Shown here: positions 1 to 12,712 of the stretch, piece after piece
Position numbering within the stretch: the first letter of the stretch is position 1
Layout of the letters: the number at the start of each line of letters is the position of its first letter
NCBI GenBank assembly: GCA_002269645.1
Contig: NIVC01000618.1
Coordinates: 1 to 64,000, forward strand
DNA length: 64,000 bases
Origin: Macrostomum lignano
Taxonomy: Eukaryota
Direction: 5' to 3'
Notes under the pieces: model-generated
What the model was told of the DNA's origin: nothing
Database searches by the model: none
The model's input: the letters and a program-made list of their open reading frames with translations, nothing else
Translations under genes and position numbers: made by a program

Positions 1-494
1 TCAGTGCTGGTCTTAGCGCTCGGCTGCTAGGCTAACAAGACTATAGATGTCTGATCCGAAACGCCGGCTGCAAATCATCTGCCAGATTAATTTTGGTAGA
101 TAAGTGACAATGCACTGCAGTAGCGCAGAGCGAAAGGTACCCACTGGTAATAAGTGAGGAGCTGGTTAGAAATAGTATGATCCCAGTAGTATTCTTGTTC
201 TTCAGAACTCCTGTATCCAGTGAGTTTTACTATAGCATCCTTCGAGTAGACATACGTCCCGTGAGCCCAGCAGTAGCTTTCGGCAAAATCTATAAAATTA
301 GACGGATGATGCTGCGGATTACCGGAGAATATGCAGTGCATAGGCCGGCCAATAAATTCCTTGCCGAAAACGACTAGGCTGAACAAGATTAGAAGCATTG
401 GAGTCCACACGAAATTTAGGCGGTCAGTGGTGTCCTCAGCTCCAGGCTTTGTGGCCTTTCGAAGGCTTCGTAAATATTCGATTAAACTGCTCAT
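1..494 (-). CDS. inx: Innexin (gap-junction protein), 5' part, runs off the window; two apparent single-base deletions near 121-127 and 16-20
   Basis: ATG at 494. TM1 (FVWTPMLLILFSLVVFGKEFIGRPMHC), the ESYCW loop motif and the diagnostic YYQWVPF are present. After a one-base shift the frame continues LLQCIVTYLPKLIWQMICSRRFGSDIYSLVSLAAE, matching innexin TM2 and the intracellular loop. Confidence 0.9.
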
Positions 495-1236
495 TATACT
501 TTTGAAAGCAGCTAAGAAACTTTCTTATTACTTTTTCCTTTCTATGGATGGACTACGATTCAGATACAGAAATCAATCAAAGTTGTTTACTACATATAAT
601 TAAGTCCAGTCTAGACTGTGCGGATGGCCAGCCGATAGGCGCTTTGTTCAAGTTCAACTTGATAGAAAAACAAGTCGCGAGAGCCAAAGAAAGCAATAAA
701 ATGATTCCCCTCTCCCCCGAGGCTTGTGTACATTACCCCACGTAAGCTAGTGTTACTTCTGGTAATGGTCTACATTAGGGTTGTAACGTACGCTTATTAT
801 AGCTCCACCCCTCCCCCCAGCTCGCGCCTGACGGCTAGCCGTGTAATTCACTAGTAGAAAACGCCCGCGGCTAGCCAAGTGGATCCACCATGGATCCACA
901 CAAGGCTAGCCCACGTACTGGCTGTGGACTTGCGATTTTCTGTATGCCCCATATGCGCTACTCGGTGCTAGTAGTACGACCGAAACGAGTTGACATTGAC
1001 ACTGACAGTGAGGTCCAGGGAACAATTTTGGATGGCGAATTTCGAAACAAAATTGCTCCAAAATTTTACAAGTTCGGTGCGTTGATTTGTGCCAGATGTC
1101 AAAATTCGTAGAAAAGATGGAATTTTAAGATGAAATAACAAAAACGGAAATTCGATACCACTATTTGTATTCGAAAAATGATAAAACCTCTAAAACGGCC
1201 CTTTTAATGGAAAATATATAGCCCGCAGATATTAGT

Positions 1237-2246
1237 GGGCCGTCGTTTGCCAGCGGGACGTTTGCCAGCTGACGTTTGCCAGCGGGACGTTTGCCAGCCG
1301 ACGTTGGCCAGCGGGACGTTTGCCAGCCAACGTTTGCCAGCGGGACGTTTGCCAGCCGACGTTGGCCAGCGGGACGTTTGCCAGCCGACATTTGCCTGCG
1401 GGATGTTTGCCAGCCGACGTTTGCCAGTTTAACAACAATTTCTTTGAATGTGGAAATATTACAAAGTTTACTTCTGACGGCTTTATTGCTTTTCCCAGTT
1501 TGAGATGTTTGATTTTTGATTTGCGAATGAAGACACGCAAATTTAAACGGGAAACTCCAACGAGCCAAGTTTTGGGCAAATAAAAGAACTGCTGAACGAT
1601 AATTCTGGCTTATATATTTCCCAGTTCATTGGGAGATCCAAAAGTAAGCGAATTAATTCCAATGCAGCTTGTCAAGTGCACGCTGTCATGGCCAAACTCC
1701 GTTAAGCAGAGTTTGGCTTTTGAGTTAAGTATATACAGGCGAGACTAGACTAAGCCAATACCATTATGGATGTCTCAGTCTTTTCCCATTTAGCTTGTAA
1801 ACACTTAGCTTGTTTGGCCACTGAGATGGAAAAGGCCATTCCAGATTCCATGCATGGCATACATAGACATCAACCGTGACAATGGAAACTCCTATTTTGT
1901 ATTTTTACCTTTATATTTAGGCAGACACGAGCAATAACTTCTTCAGAGTATTTATAATAACTTCAATAAGCCTGAACAGTAGTTTGTTAGTAACCTCATA
2001 ACCTGTATATTCTATTCAATACCAGTAGTCGGGAGCGGGGTGGAATTAGATTAGTGCTATGTCCACAGTTTTTAAATGCAAGTACATGTAAGCCTAGAGA
2101 GGGCGTACTTCTTTAACCAATTGCCGCCTGCAAATGTCCGGCTGGCAAACGTCCCGCAGGCAAACGTCGGCTGGCAAACGTCGGCTGGCAAACGTCGGCT
2201 GGAAAACGTCGGCTGGCAAACGTCGGCTGACAAACGTTGCTATCCC
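1237..2246. mobile_element. Foldback/MITE-like non-autonomous element with tandemly repeated inverted arms
   Basis: Left arm 1237-1427 is made of (G)ACGTTTGCCAGC units. Right arm 2124-2246 is made of the reverse complement GCTGGCAAACGT. The element starts GGG and ends CCC, flanked by ATATTAGT (1229-1236) and ATATTAGC (2247-2254). Confidence 0.55.
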
Positions 2247-5200
2247 ATATTAGCAACTGCTCTATGCAGCAAACAATCTAATTATGTATTTCGATTAAAA
2301 TCACAGGGAATTTATTGAATGATATTTAGATTTTTGTATAAAAGCGTTAATTTTTCTCTGCCTATAATACCTAATTCAAGTACTCAAAATTCAAATCTAC
2401 GACATTTTGATTTTTTGCAAATATCTCGAAAACTTTGCATACAAACCTATTGCAAAAAGAATCTAATGATGCATTATAAATCTATCAATTATCTACAAAA
2501 GGACACCTTACATGTATTGGTTGAAAAATAGCTAGGGGAACAGGAGTTTGTCAAATATTGAAAAATGCGGTGCATTTTAATTTTGTTGATTTTTTAAACT
2601 TTGGATGCATATATTTCCGATTTCTGCACATATACTTGTAGCAACATGCTTGGTGTGATTTTGTAGCAAGCATTTAGGTGTATAATTTTGATGGGTTTCG
2701 GCCTTTTCGGCCCCTTTCGGGAAGTCTTCGGGCCTCAGGTCTCAGAAATAAATCAATTTGAGTCCTGGCCCCCCCACTCCTGTCAGATGGTCAGCCCCAT
2801 GGTAGCTTGATCAGTGGCGAGCAGGGAGAATTTTGAAGGTAGAGATTAGCTAATCCGCAGATTAACTAACCCGCTGCCACCAGCCCGTGCGTCCTGGCTC
2901 ACCAAACCGGAACTTTCGAAATCGGGCTTCCGACTAGAGGGGGCTTAGCACTTACCTGTACCTGTCAACTAGTGTATTTTTGCTGTCAATCTCGAGGTCA
3001 TAGCCGATGATTATAAGGGACACTGCTGGGACTTGATCGCATTGGCCATGCAGGTACAGAGGGGACTTGTGCAGGGGATTCTGGCAGTGGCCAGACTATG
3101 GGGCAGCTACATGTACTATTACATTGCTAAATACGAGGAATTGTACTTTTGGCCTTCAACGCGCCAACCAGCCTCTCGTAGCGCTGATGATAGGCTAACT
3201 CGAACCTCAGAGACCGTATGATTCATCACCCGAGCCGCTTGGCAAACCTAGAGTGCACAGAGTACATCTCTGGCGCCGATTCTGCACTATTGGCAACTTT
3301 GCTCACTGATTTGATAGATTGATCGACTGAGAACTGCCTTGCCATTGGTCCACTCTGTGACCGGCGCCTATTAGCTTAGCCACTCATCTGAGCCATCGGC
3401 GAAGAAAGAAATAAAACCGACAAAAATAACTGTCAGATTTAACTTGCTCACTGATTCACTTCACACCTCAGATTAAATTGGAGTTTCAGACTACTAACAG
3501 TATTATTGAATGACTGCCTCAATAACAGCACTACTGAACAAAATGAGCAAAAGTGTACGCCTAATCCAGCTACTGAAACAGGAGACAGATAAAGGATCAC
3601 CCAATCAAGCAAGTTTAGGTAGCCTCTCACCCAACCAATCAGAAACTCAACAGCCGGAGACCATGCAGGTAATCCACAGTGACCGAATCGGCTTACTGCT
3701 TCGAAGCTGTAGACCCGGGATGATGCTGTCACAGTCTTCGCAGATAGCTAGCAGGTGATGATCTTAACCTTGATGTTCGCTGCTGACGACCGGGGGAATT
3801 CGTCCTTGATGATGACGGCGGGAGTCGCGATCCGGGGATCAAGAGACGACGGTCGAGCTTCAGGAGGTCTAAGTTAGGCCAAAGTCCCTGGAGGTTGAGG
3901 TCCGAGCGGGTCAAAAACACCGGTTTAAATAGCCGCCAACTGGACAGAAAATTTTGATATAATGGAACACTTCGACGCTGATTGGCTGAGCCGATTTGTT
4001 ATAACTGACGTCGAATTTTTTGATTGGCTGAGCTTGTTGCCACCCAAACTCACGTGACCAGAAGATCCTATTAGTTCCCTCAGTGCCATAAAAATACGCC
4101 AGGTGTTGCCATAAATCACTCAAAATCGCTACATAATGATTTTTGACCTTTCGCGTAGGAATGACAAAAATTAATGAAAAAATATGGAATAGAAAGATCT
4201 TATTAAGTAGAAAGTGAAAATGGTGAAGAGAAATCGCTAATCGCCAATCCCAAAGTACTTTTAGGGGTAAAACGCATAGCTGTCAAAGCTGTCAAACGCT
4301 TGAGTGAACACGAACAATAGGCCCTGACCTCATAAATCTGATGGCCTGTCAAAAATGATGAGAAAAAAGCTATACCGCCCGCGTCCTCTCAGACCATCTG
4401 GCGGCTGGCGCCAGCCTCAGCTTGAGTGAGGCGCAGGTGGCTGTCAGACCAGCTCAAAAGCAATGATTTATAACCCCAAAAGCAGCAAAAAACCGCGCCT
4501 ATGTTATTATGACTACAAGTATGGCAGATTCATATAGCTACAAAAGTCCTGCTAGTATGAATTCTAGAAAAGTTACTTAAAAAGGCATATTGTTAGTAGG
4601 CTACCAAGTTTGGAGCCCATGTGCGAGCGTGAAATTTGGAGAAAAGTGCGTCCTCATCAATTTAAAGTAAAAACATAAAAGTTTTCAGTTTTTTAGATCG
4701 CTAATTTAGAAAATATTACGTTATAACCCAATTTTGACTTTAATTCGATTTTACACATTTCCGATATTATTTTGATTTGATTGTATAAATACTGTGACGG
4801 TTTGAGTTCTTGTACACCGTTTTTGCAAAATAATTTACTGATACTTAAATCTTCTACTAATTAATTGTATTTGTGCACGTTCTGGCTGACCTGTTAGTCA
4901 GATAAAGTTTTCATTATTTTGTTTAAATCTTAATATTCAATTTCAAATGACCATTAAAAACGTTTTGAATTTCCATCAAGCTGCTGGTCTGGTTGTCTGG
5001 TTTGTCGTTCGTCGCTCTTGGCTTTGTGCTGGCTCTAATACCTAATAGTTAAATATATTGAATATGGTTCGCAGATTTTCGACAGTATTTTCGACAGCTC
5101 CCTGTAACTCGCCCAGTTCACTACTTCTTCACTACGTGTGAATCCTGATAAATCGCTACACAACTCATCAACATCAGCAAAAGAAAAGTAGGCTTAATAA

Positions 5201-6392
5201 AATTGTCGCAATACGTTCCGGATTTAATATGTATACCAGAAAATAGAGAAAGTAGAAATAAAATGTCTGTACTTGAAATCTACAAAGGAATTGAATTTGT
5301 TACACTTGAATAAACCGGAAATTTATTTTTTCTTAGAAAAATCAATAACTTTGCAAACAAACGGTAACATATTGCGAAAATACTCTCATTCACGCACCTA
5401 TTCATCATCTACAGAATGATACCTTATGCATGGATTACTTTAAAAATTACAGAGTAGGATTTAGGTAGGAGTTTTGAAAATTGAAAAAATACAGGAAAAT
5501 ATAACGTTAAGACTATGGGGGCGTGGGCCACCAAGTCAAACTTAAACTTAAAAATTTAGGGGGCGGTGGACATCCCACTAAGGCAAACTTCGTTCTGTAT
5601 ATAAACTTCGGTCTTCGGTCGTTACATTGCTATTTGCTCCACTTTAACAGAAGCAATCTGCAAATCATCTACTAGTTTTAGTATAGCTAGTGCATAATAA
5701 ATTATAACAAAAATTATTGTACTGTAAATAAAAATGTGAGAAATTTTGATGCTAGAGAGTAGTCCGATCGCTAAGTTGGATATAAGTTGCATAAAGGATT
5801 TTTATGAAAATCATAAGCAAAAGATCTAATTATTTGTTGTATTTCGTTTTTATTGATACTATATAATTACAAAATAAAGCATAAAACATCATAAAGTACT
5901 ATACTTTTAATTCTATTCACACGTGGACTGTGTACATTAATATATAACTCGTGGTCCTATATCAAAAGTATTCATGAGACAGATTGCCCTGCGTATTGCT
6001 TTTTTAGTGAAACAGTAGAGTAGCAATATCAATAGCCGCAATATAGGTATTTTTGGACCTCACGGCCCGATATTAAGGCCGGGATTCTGGTTTTTGGACC
6101 AGAATTCGCAACTAAATTACGGGTAATAAATTAACTTTAGTCTACTCTAGAAAATCATCCTTGTCAATATATATATGGAAAGAAGCTTTAAATAGAATGG
6201 CTATATATACTTTACTATGTTTCTCTCTGCTTTGAAGTACCTGCTGCCCTTTGGTAGTCCGGACCCTAGACACAAGTCTTCGCTACCTTACAGTTACTAC
6301 ATGCGTCTTAACCTTGTCTATTCGAAACCCAACGGCCAATCCCAGTTAATTTCCATTTAATTTCTGTAGCTCTGTAGCAGCAGATAAAAATA

Positions 6393-7651
6393 ATGTCAGG
6401 TAGACAGCTGCCAGATCACTATGCAAGAAGCGCCGCGTCGCACTGCGCCAGTCAGCTGGCAGATACTGCACCAGTAACGCCGACCTTCTACGCAGCTAAA
6501 TGGTGCCAACAGCCGGGCTTTCTGGATCCGTTCGAAGTGGTGTACCTATGCATCCGGCGCCTGCGGCAGGCCACCTACGTGAATGTCCGGTACTATCGAC
6601 ATTGCGGCGAAAAGGTGGCAAACAAGACCTGCCTGTGTCCCGGTCTTGAGCTTTACATTCAAGAGATGCGACCGGACTCGCAGGTGAGGGACAAATGACT
6701 TGGTCAACAATTTCGCATCCTCAACAGGTTCAGAAAGTCAGTAACTCAGTCCAGAATCCCACTGTCTCGCGTCCCAAACTGAATCCGTAATCCCACAACC
6801 ATCGCCAGGTCCAGCAGGACTTGGCCGAGCACATCTCTCGCGGCTCTGTATCGCACTTGAAGTTTGTGATAGGAAAATACCGACTAGACCAGGTGCTGCT
6901 ATTCCTCATGAAGTACCTGCGAGAGCGCGGTCCATTGCTTCGAATTAATTACACCTCGCTGGAGCACCTGCAACAGACTTGCTGCCGCAGTGTCACTCTA
7001 GCGAAGACCCACCTTACAGGTGGTCAGATGCATGAATTTGAGTTTGAATCGTTCGCAGCGCTCGGCTCGTATCTCAGCGACCTACTGACCATAGCCTGCT
7101 CGCACGATCTCTTCTGGATGACTTCCCACCTGGCCGAGCTGTGGGGCCCCCTGCTCGTAGACTTTGTCAATGTTAGCAGCCAGCTGTCCGAGACACTGGC
7201 CGAAGACCAACTGACGGAGCGGCGCATCAGCTTCATGGCCCGCTTGCTGGAGGCGATGCCCTGGGACTCGCTGAAGTGGTGCGAGTCGCTTCGCTTGACT
7301 TTGGGCCCGGAGCCGGACCGCAACGAGTTGCTGCGCAGCGGAGTGGAGAGAAGTAGGCAAATGGCCAGCTTGCAGGAGCGACCGCTGGCTTTGGCGGGCA
7401 TCTCCACCAAATCAGTCTGCGACATCCTGGACGGCAAGAGCGGAGAGTCGGACAGCGGCGTCATTCGGGACTCAAGGTACCTGGATGCGCTGAATGAGAA
7501 ATTGCTGATGGATGAGCTGGCTCAGGCAGAGGAGCGAAAATCACAACTCGAACGGGAGGCGAGGAACAAAGACTACAGTAGCGAGTACATGTACTCAAAA
7601 GAGTACCGAGCAATTCATGCGCCTCATGGCATGTGCAAGAGTGGAGTTTGA
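6393..7651 (+). CDS. Uncharacterised 2-exon protein, join(6393..6683,6809..7651), about 377 aa
   Basis: Two GC3-rich ORFs joined by a phase-0 intron: CAG|GTGAGG at 6684 and in-frame AG acceptors at 6808, 6814 and 6817. N-terminal Cys/His cluster (RHCGEKVANKTCLCPG). No family recognised. Confidence 0.6.
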
Positions 7652-8758
7652 GCTGTGCGAGTGCTCGCGCCATTCAGCTATATTCTATTCGCATATACGG
7701 CCAATTCTTTCTACAAAAATTTAACTTTTTAGTGCCACATCAAATTGGCACAATGTTTTAGGGAACCACAGGGACTTTACCTACATGGCCTTTCGTGTCC
7801 ATAGCTTCGCGTAGGAATCATAATTATCATAGCATATTTTATCACATTGCGCGAACAATCTCGCGTCCCATTTTTGTCCAGCTATTTCTACTATCAGTAG
7901 TATGCTAGAGTAGGATAGTGTGCATTGAAATATAATGGATTTCACATATCGCCGTACAAGTACGACGGCTTAACTAAATAGGGCGGTGAACAGGCAGTTC
8001 TCGAAAACAAAAAATCCTGCTAACGGAAATGTGTTCATCTTTCTAGTTTGTTCATGGGGTTTAATAGCTAGAGTTTAGACTGAACGCGATGGGTTAGTCT
8101 ACGCATTCGAAAGTGTATATATCTGTAAATAAATCAACGAGAATGCATTTTAGAAATCGAAAGGTTGAGCTATAGATAAGATGCCTTCACATGCAGCAGA
8201 ATTACGTCATTCGCAAACTTGCAAATTTGATCATTTTAAGCAAGATACATGAAAGGGGAGGTTGTTCGTGCAAGCTAGAATATTCTGATTTAAACACTAA
8301 AGTTTTCTAACATTCTCGAGTACATTCAGTACCTGTTTTAATAATGCGTGGTTCGACCAGGTACATAAAGAGGTGATTCACTGAACTCTAAAGCCCTAGG
8401 AAGAATTTCTAGGCCAGTATCAGAATATTGCTGTATACGCTTGCATGTACATTTTTACAGCAAGAAGAAATTCTGCCCCCAAGCAGGGGTGGCTGCATGC
8501 TTTGCAAAGGGCAAACGAGACACCAGTGTGCGCGAGCAAATTCAACTCACGTGACCACCTAGCGATGACACTAAATTTTCTTAATAAATGGGCTGCAGTG
8601 CGGTGTAGCAGGGGTCAAGCTATAGCTGTAAAACGACCCAGCGAGCTCCCCGATAAGAACTAACTCATGCATATATAACGCTAACACTCTCAGAAACGCA
8701 TTGCAGAAGACTACCATCATTGTAGTGCCATTAAAGCTATTGATCAGCACAGCAAGAC

Positions 8759-10601
8759 ATGCCAATCAGCATTAAACTGGGCATCGCAGGCCGACTGTTC
8801 ACCGCTGCGTTGGCCTGCCTGACGTTGGCAGCAACCGTGCCAACAGGTCGCCTGGGCAGCACCGGCTACCTTTTCATCCAATCAACATCCCCGGAGGTTC
8901 CACTGTACGTGTACACTCCCATACCCGAGTCCGGCCTCGAGCCCAGAAATATTCACCTGTCTTTCGGCGACAACGAGACCTCGGTGGTGGTGACCTGGAG
9001 TACGCGCAATGACACTCAGTCGCAGGTGCAGCTAATGAGCGTGCAGCCGCCAAATGCCACAGAGAAATTGTACAACGGCAGCTCTATGATATTTGTGGAC
9101 AGCGGAACGAAAAAAGCGACGCAATATGTGCACCGAGTGACCCTGCCCGACCTCGGCTGGGGCGGTCTGTTCAAGTAATTATTTGAATATTAAAATAATG
9201 GGGGGGCCGTATCCTATAGAGGGTTGTAGCCTATAATGGTTATAGATCGAGCGTCGGACTCACGACTGAAAAGGTCGGAGGTTCGATTCTCGACCCACTC
9301 GAAACAATTTGTGTCCTTGAGCAAGCTGTAAAATTGGTGCCAGCATTAGCATTGCCATTAGGAGGGGCTGTGGCTCTGATTATTATACTTACTATTATTA
9401 TTAGATATCAAGTAACAAATTGTCTGGCCTGGTTTCTTTTAGGAGTCAAGAGTGTCTATAGTATCTGTATATAGCAGTAGTCTATATATCCATCTCCATA
9501 AAAGTCCCAGCTCTTGTTTTCTCTCTTATCTCTTCTTTGCCCGCCAGCTATCGGATTTCAATATTGTTTTTCATAATATTCAAAACCATCTCTTTAAAAC
9601 CGCGCAGATACCGCTGCGGTTCGCAAGCCACCGGATGGAGCGACTGGTTCGAGTTTCGCACCCCAAAGCGTGGCTTCTCCCCACGGTTGGCCATGTTCGG
9701 CGACATGGGGATGGTGAACGCTCAGTCGCTGCCTCGGCTGATGCAAGACGCCAGCGCCGGCATGTACGACGCCATTCTGCACGTTGGCGATTTCGCCTAC
9801 GACATGCAAGAGCAGGACGGCGCCACTGGCGACCAGTTCATGCAGATGATTCAGCCCATTGCGGCTCGCCTGCCCTACATGACCTGCGTCGGCAACCACG
9901 AGTTCATGTACAATTTCTCGCACTATAAAAACCGATTCACCATGCCGAAGGGCTTCGGCGGAGACGGCGAGAGCATGTTCTATTCGTTCGACCTCGGCCC
10001 AGCGCACATCATCGGCATCAGCACGGAGTTTTACTTCTTTGTCGAGTACGGCGTCGACCAGTTGAAGTCGCAGTACGACTGGCTGCAGGCGGATTTGGAG
10101 CGAGCCAGTAAAAACCGAGCCGCGAGGCCCTGGATAATCATTATGGGCCACCGGCCGATGTACTGCTCCAATGACGACGGTGACGACTGCACGTTCGGTG
10201 CGCTGTTCATGCGCGAAGGCTTCCTGGCCCGCTGGTACCCGCTGGAGCCGCTGCTCCAAAAGTACGGCGTGGATCTCGCGCTGTGGGCGCACGAGCACAC
10301 CTACGAGAGGATGTGGCCGGTGACGCGTCTGGAGGTGCGCAACGGCAGCTGGGCGGAGCCGTACTCGGAGCCCCGCGGCACTGTGCACGTCGTCACTGGG
10401 TCGGCTGGTTGTCGAGAGCGTCACGACACCTTCGGGTCGCCGATGTACTATTCTGCGTTCCGCAGCACCGACTATGGCTACACCCGGATGCAGATCTTCA
10501 ACTCCACCCACCTCAGCCTGGAGCAGGTCAGCGACGATCAGCAGGGTCGAATCATAGACCGGATCACCATTGTGCAGCACAACCACGGACCTTTTCCCTG
10601 A
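8759..10601 (+). CDS. ACP7: Purple acid phosphatase / acid phosphatase type 7, join(8759..9174,9608..10601)
   Basis: Signal peptide and N-terminal FN3-like PAP domain (PRNIHLSFG...VVTWST...YVHRVTL). A phase-2 intron (AA|GTAATT...CGCAG|A) gives GLFK-YRCGS. Metallophosphoesterase motifs GDMG, GDFAY, GNHE, MGHRPMY and AHEHTYER. Confidence 0.93.
9221..9345 (+). mobile_element. tRNA-derived SINE (or tRNA pseudogene) in the ACP7 intron
   Basis: A-box-like TAGCCTATAATGG at about 9227 and B-box GGTTCGATTC at 9280-9289. These are followed by GTGTCCTTGAGCAAG (9311-9325), a motif I recall downstream of tRNA heads in metazoan SINEs. No intact cloverleaf acceptor stem. Confidence 0.6.
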
Positions 10602-11944
10602 CTCCACTTTTTGATTGTGCGACATTGATTTTAACAAACTGATTACTGTTGAGGAAGCAGTCTGTTTTTATAAAGCAATCAATATTCTAATGTAGCTGCT
10701 GAGTCTCCTTCAATGAACATATATTAGTCATGTGACTGTCGTGATGTCCTAATTAAAAATTCGATTTTTTACAAACAAATCTTGTCCTCTTTTAATGCGT
10801 GTCAAGTTTGAATTGGAATCTAATCAGCATCCTGTCAACTCGATTCGATTTTTCTAGGCCAGTTTTTTTACAATCTAACTTGGACTGTCTTAATCTGCAG
10901 TCGCAATTCATTCGGAAAAGCAAATCAATCAGTATTTTTTTTATCCCTCGCAAATGAACTCTTTAAAGAGCTATTTTATTTGAAGTATCCGCAATGAAAT
11001 GACGCTACTAGCAACACCCGATGGGTTTTAAGCAAATTAATTGACCTTCTTGATTAGAAAATTGTAAAGATGTGACAAAAATACTATAAGCTACTATGCG
11101 TGATCAGTAATACAGGACTGCGTTCCCAAGGTGACACAATAAAAGAGAATGCAAGTGAAGTTTTTAGCATAAAGCCAGCTGCATACTGATAAAAAATATG
11201 CAACAAGAATTCAGCTACCAACCAGAAATTCATCCATATTTGGTACAATATAGATCATGGCATCTAGCAAACCGGAATTAGTTTTTTGTATACACATACA
11301 CTGCGTCTATAGCCTACAGAAGACATGCTTCAACTAACTAGAGGAATACAGTTACTGGGAGAATTTCCTCAAGTGGCTGGTAGGGGGGGGGGGCACTGGG
11401 AGAATGGACGGGATCGGCAATCGAAAGCAGCACCTCAAGATTCTCTAGCAATCAGACTGAAATACTTGTTCCAGGCAGTTCCGCCAGATGCATCGGCGAA
11501 TTCTGCATCCCACGGGTTCAATAGCTCCCCTCCCCCTCTTCTCCTGGATACCCCCTCAAGCAATCAATGGCGTGAAATGCCGACTCAGGCTGAGAGCTTG
11601 TCTGCGGCGCACGGGCTGCTAAATAATGCAATGTGGGAAGGAAAGCTGGGGGCAGCATCTGCAGGCTTCTCTTTGCCCCGAATCCAAAGTTATCGATTGT
11701 GCCGCGGGGGCAGAACTGACGTGCACATGGGATTTTCCCGTATTTTCATCCCGTCCTAATGGATTTTTCAGGTGAAACGCCCGTATTTTTGTTTGTTCAC
11801 ATAAACTACCTTGAACATGTGACCCCTAGATGTATACATGCGCTATTTATTGGGATTAGGATGTTTATCATTAGAAACAGTTTGTTAGAAACTGCTGTTG
11901 GATGAAGGTTTATTTATGTCGAAATTAGGGGGTTTAAGATCGGC

Positions 11945-12712
11945 ATCAGGGTGTTTGGCATCGGGGATCAGGGTGTTTGGCATTGGGATCAGGGTGTTAG
12001 GCATTGGGATCAGAGTGTTTAGCATTGAGGATCAGGGTGTTTGGCATTGGGATCAGGGTGTTAGGCATTGGGATCAGAGTGTTTAGCATTGGGATCAGGG
12101 TGTTTAGCATTGGGATCAGGGTGTTTAGCATTGGGGATCAGGGTGTTTAGCATTGGGATCAGGGTGTTAGGCATTGGGATCAGAGTGTTTAGCATTGGGA
12201 TCAGGGTGTTTAGCATTGGGATCAGGGTGTTTAGCATTGGGGATCAGGGTGTTTAGCATTGGGATCAGGGTGTTAGGCATTGGGATCAGAGTGTTTAGCA
12301 TTGGGGATCAGGGTGTTTAGCATTGGGATCAGGGTGTTTAGCATTGGGGATCAGGGTGTTTAGCATTGGGATCAGGGTGTTTAGCATTGGGATCAGGGTG
12401 TTTAGCATTGGGATCAGGGTGTTTAGCATTGGGGATCAGGGTGTTTAGCATTGGGAGAGTGTTTAGCATTGGGATCAGAGTGTTTAGCATTGGGATCAGA
12501 GTGTTTAGCATTGGGATCAGGGTGTTTAGCATTGGGATCAGGGTGTTTAGCATTGGGGATCAGGGTGTTTAGCATTGGGATCAGGGTGTTTAGCATTGGG
12601 GATCAGGGTGTTTAGCATTGGGATCAGAGTGTTTAGCATTGGGATCAGAGTGTTTAGCATTGGGATCAGGGTGTTTAGCATTGGGATCAGGGTGTTGAGC
12701 ATGGGGATCAGT
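11945..12712. repeat. 21-bp minisatellite (TTGGGATCAGGGTGTTTAGCA)n
   Basis: Direct inspection; about 35 copies with 1-bp indel variants. Confidence 0.95.

Noticed and set aside
3510-3970. Short ORF pieces resembling a decayed retroelement ORF1 or gag
   Set aside because: No recognisable motif, LTR or TSD.
4380-4470. LSLSEAQV peptide resembling homeodomain helix 2/3
   Set aside because: Lacks the WFxNRR motif and is bounded by stops.
9225-9300. Functional tRNA gene
   Set aside because: No complete acceptor stem or canonical anticodon arm; treated as a SINE head.
9594-10637. 347-aa antisense ORF over ACP7; similar antisense ORFs over calmodulin, the Cache-EGF exons and 7024-7464
   Set aside because: Shadow ORFs expected opposite GC3-rich coding sequence.
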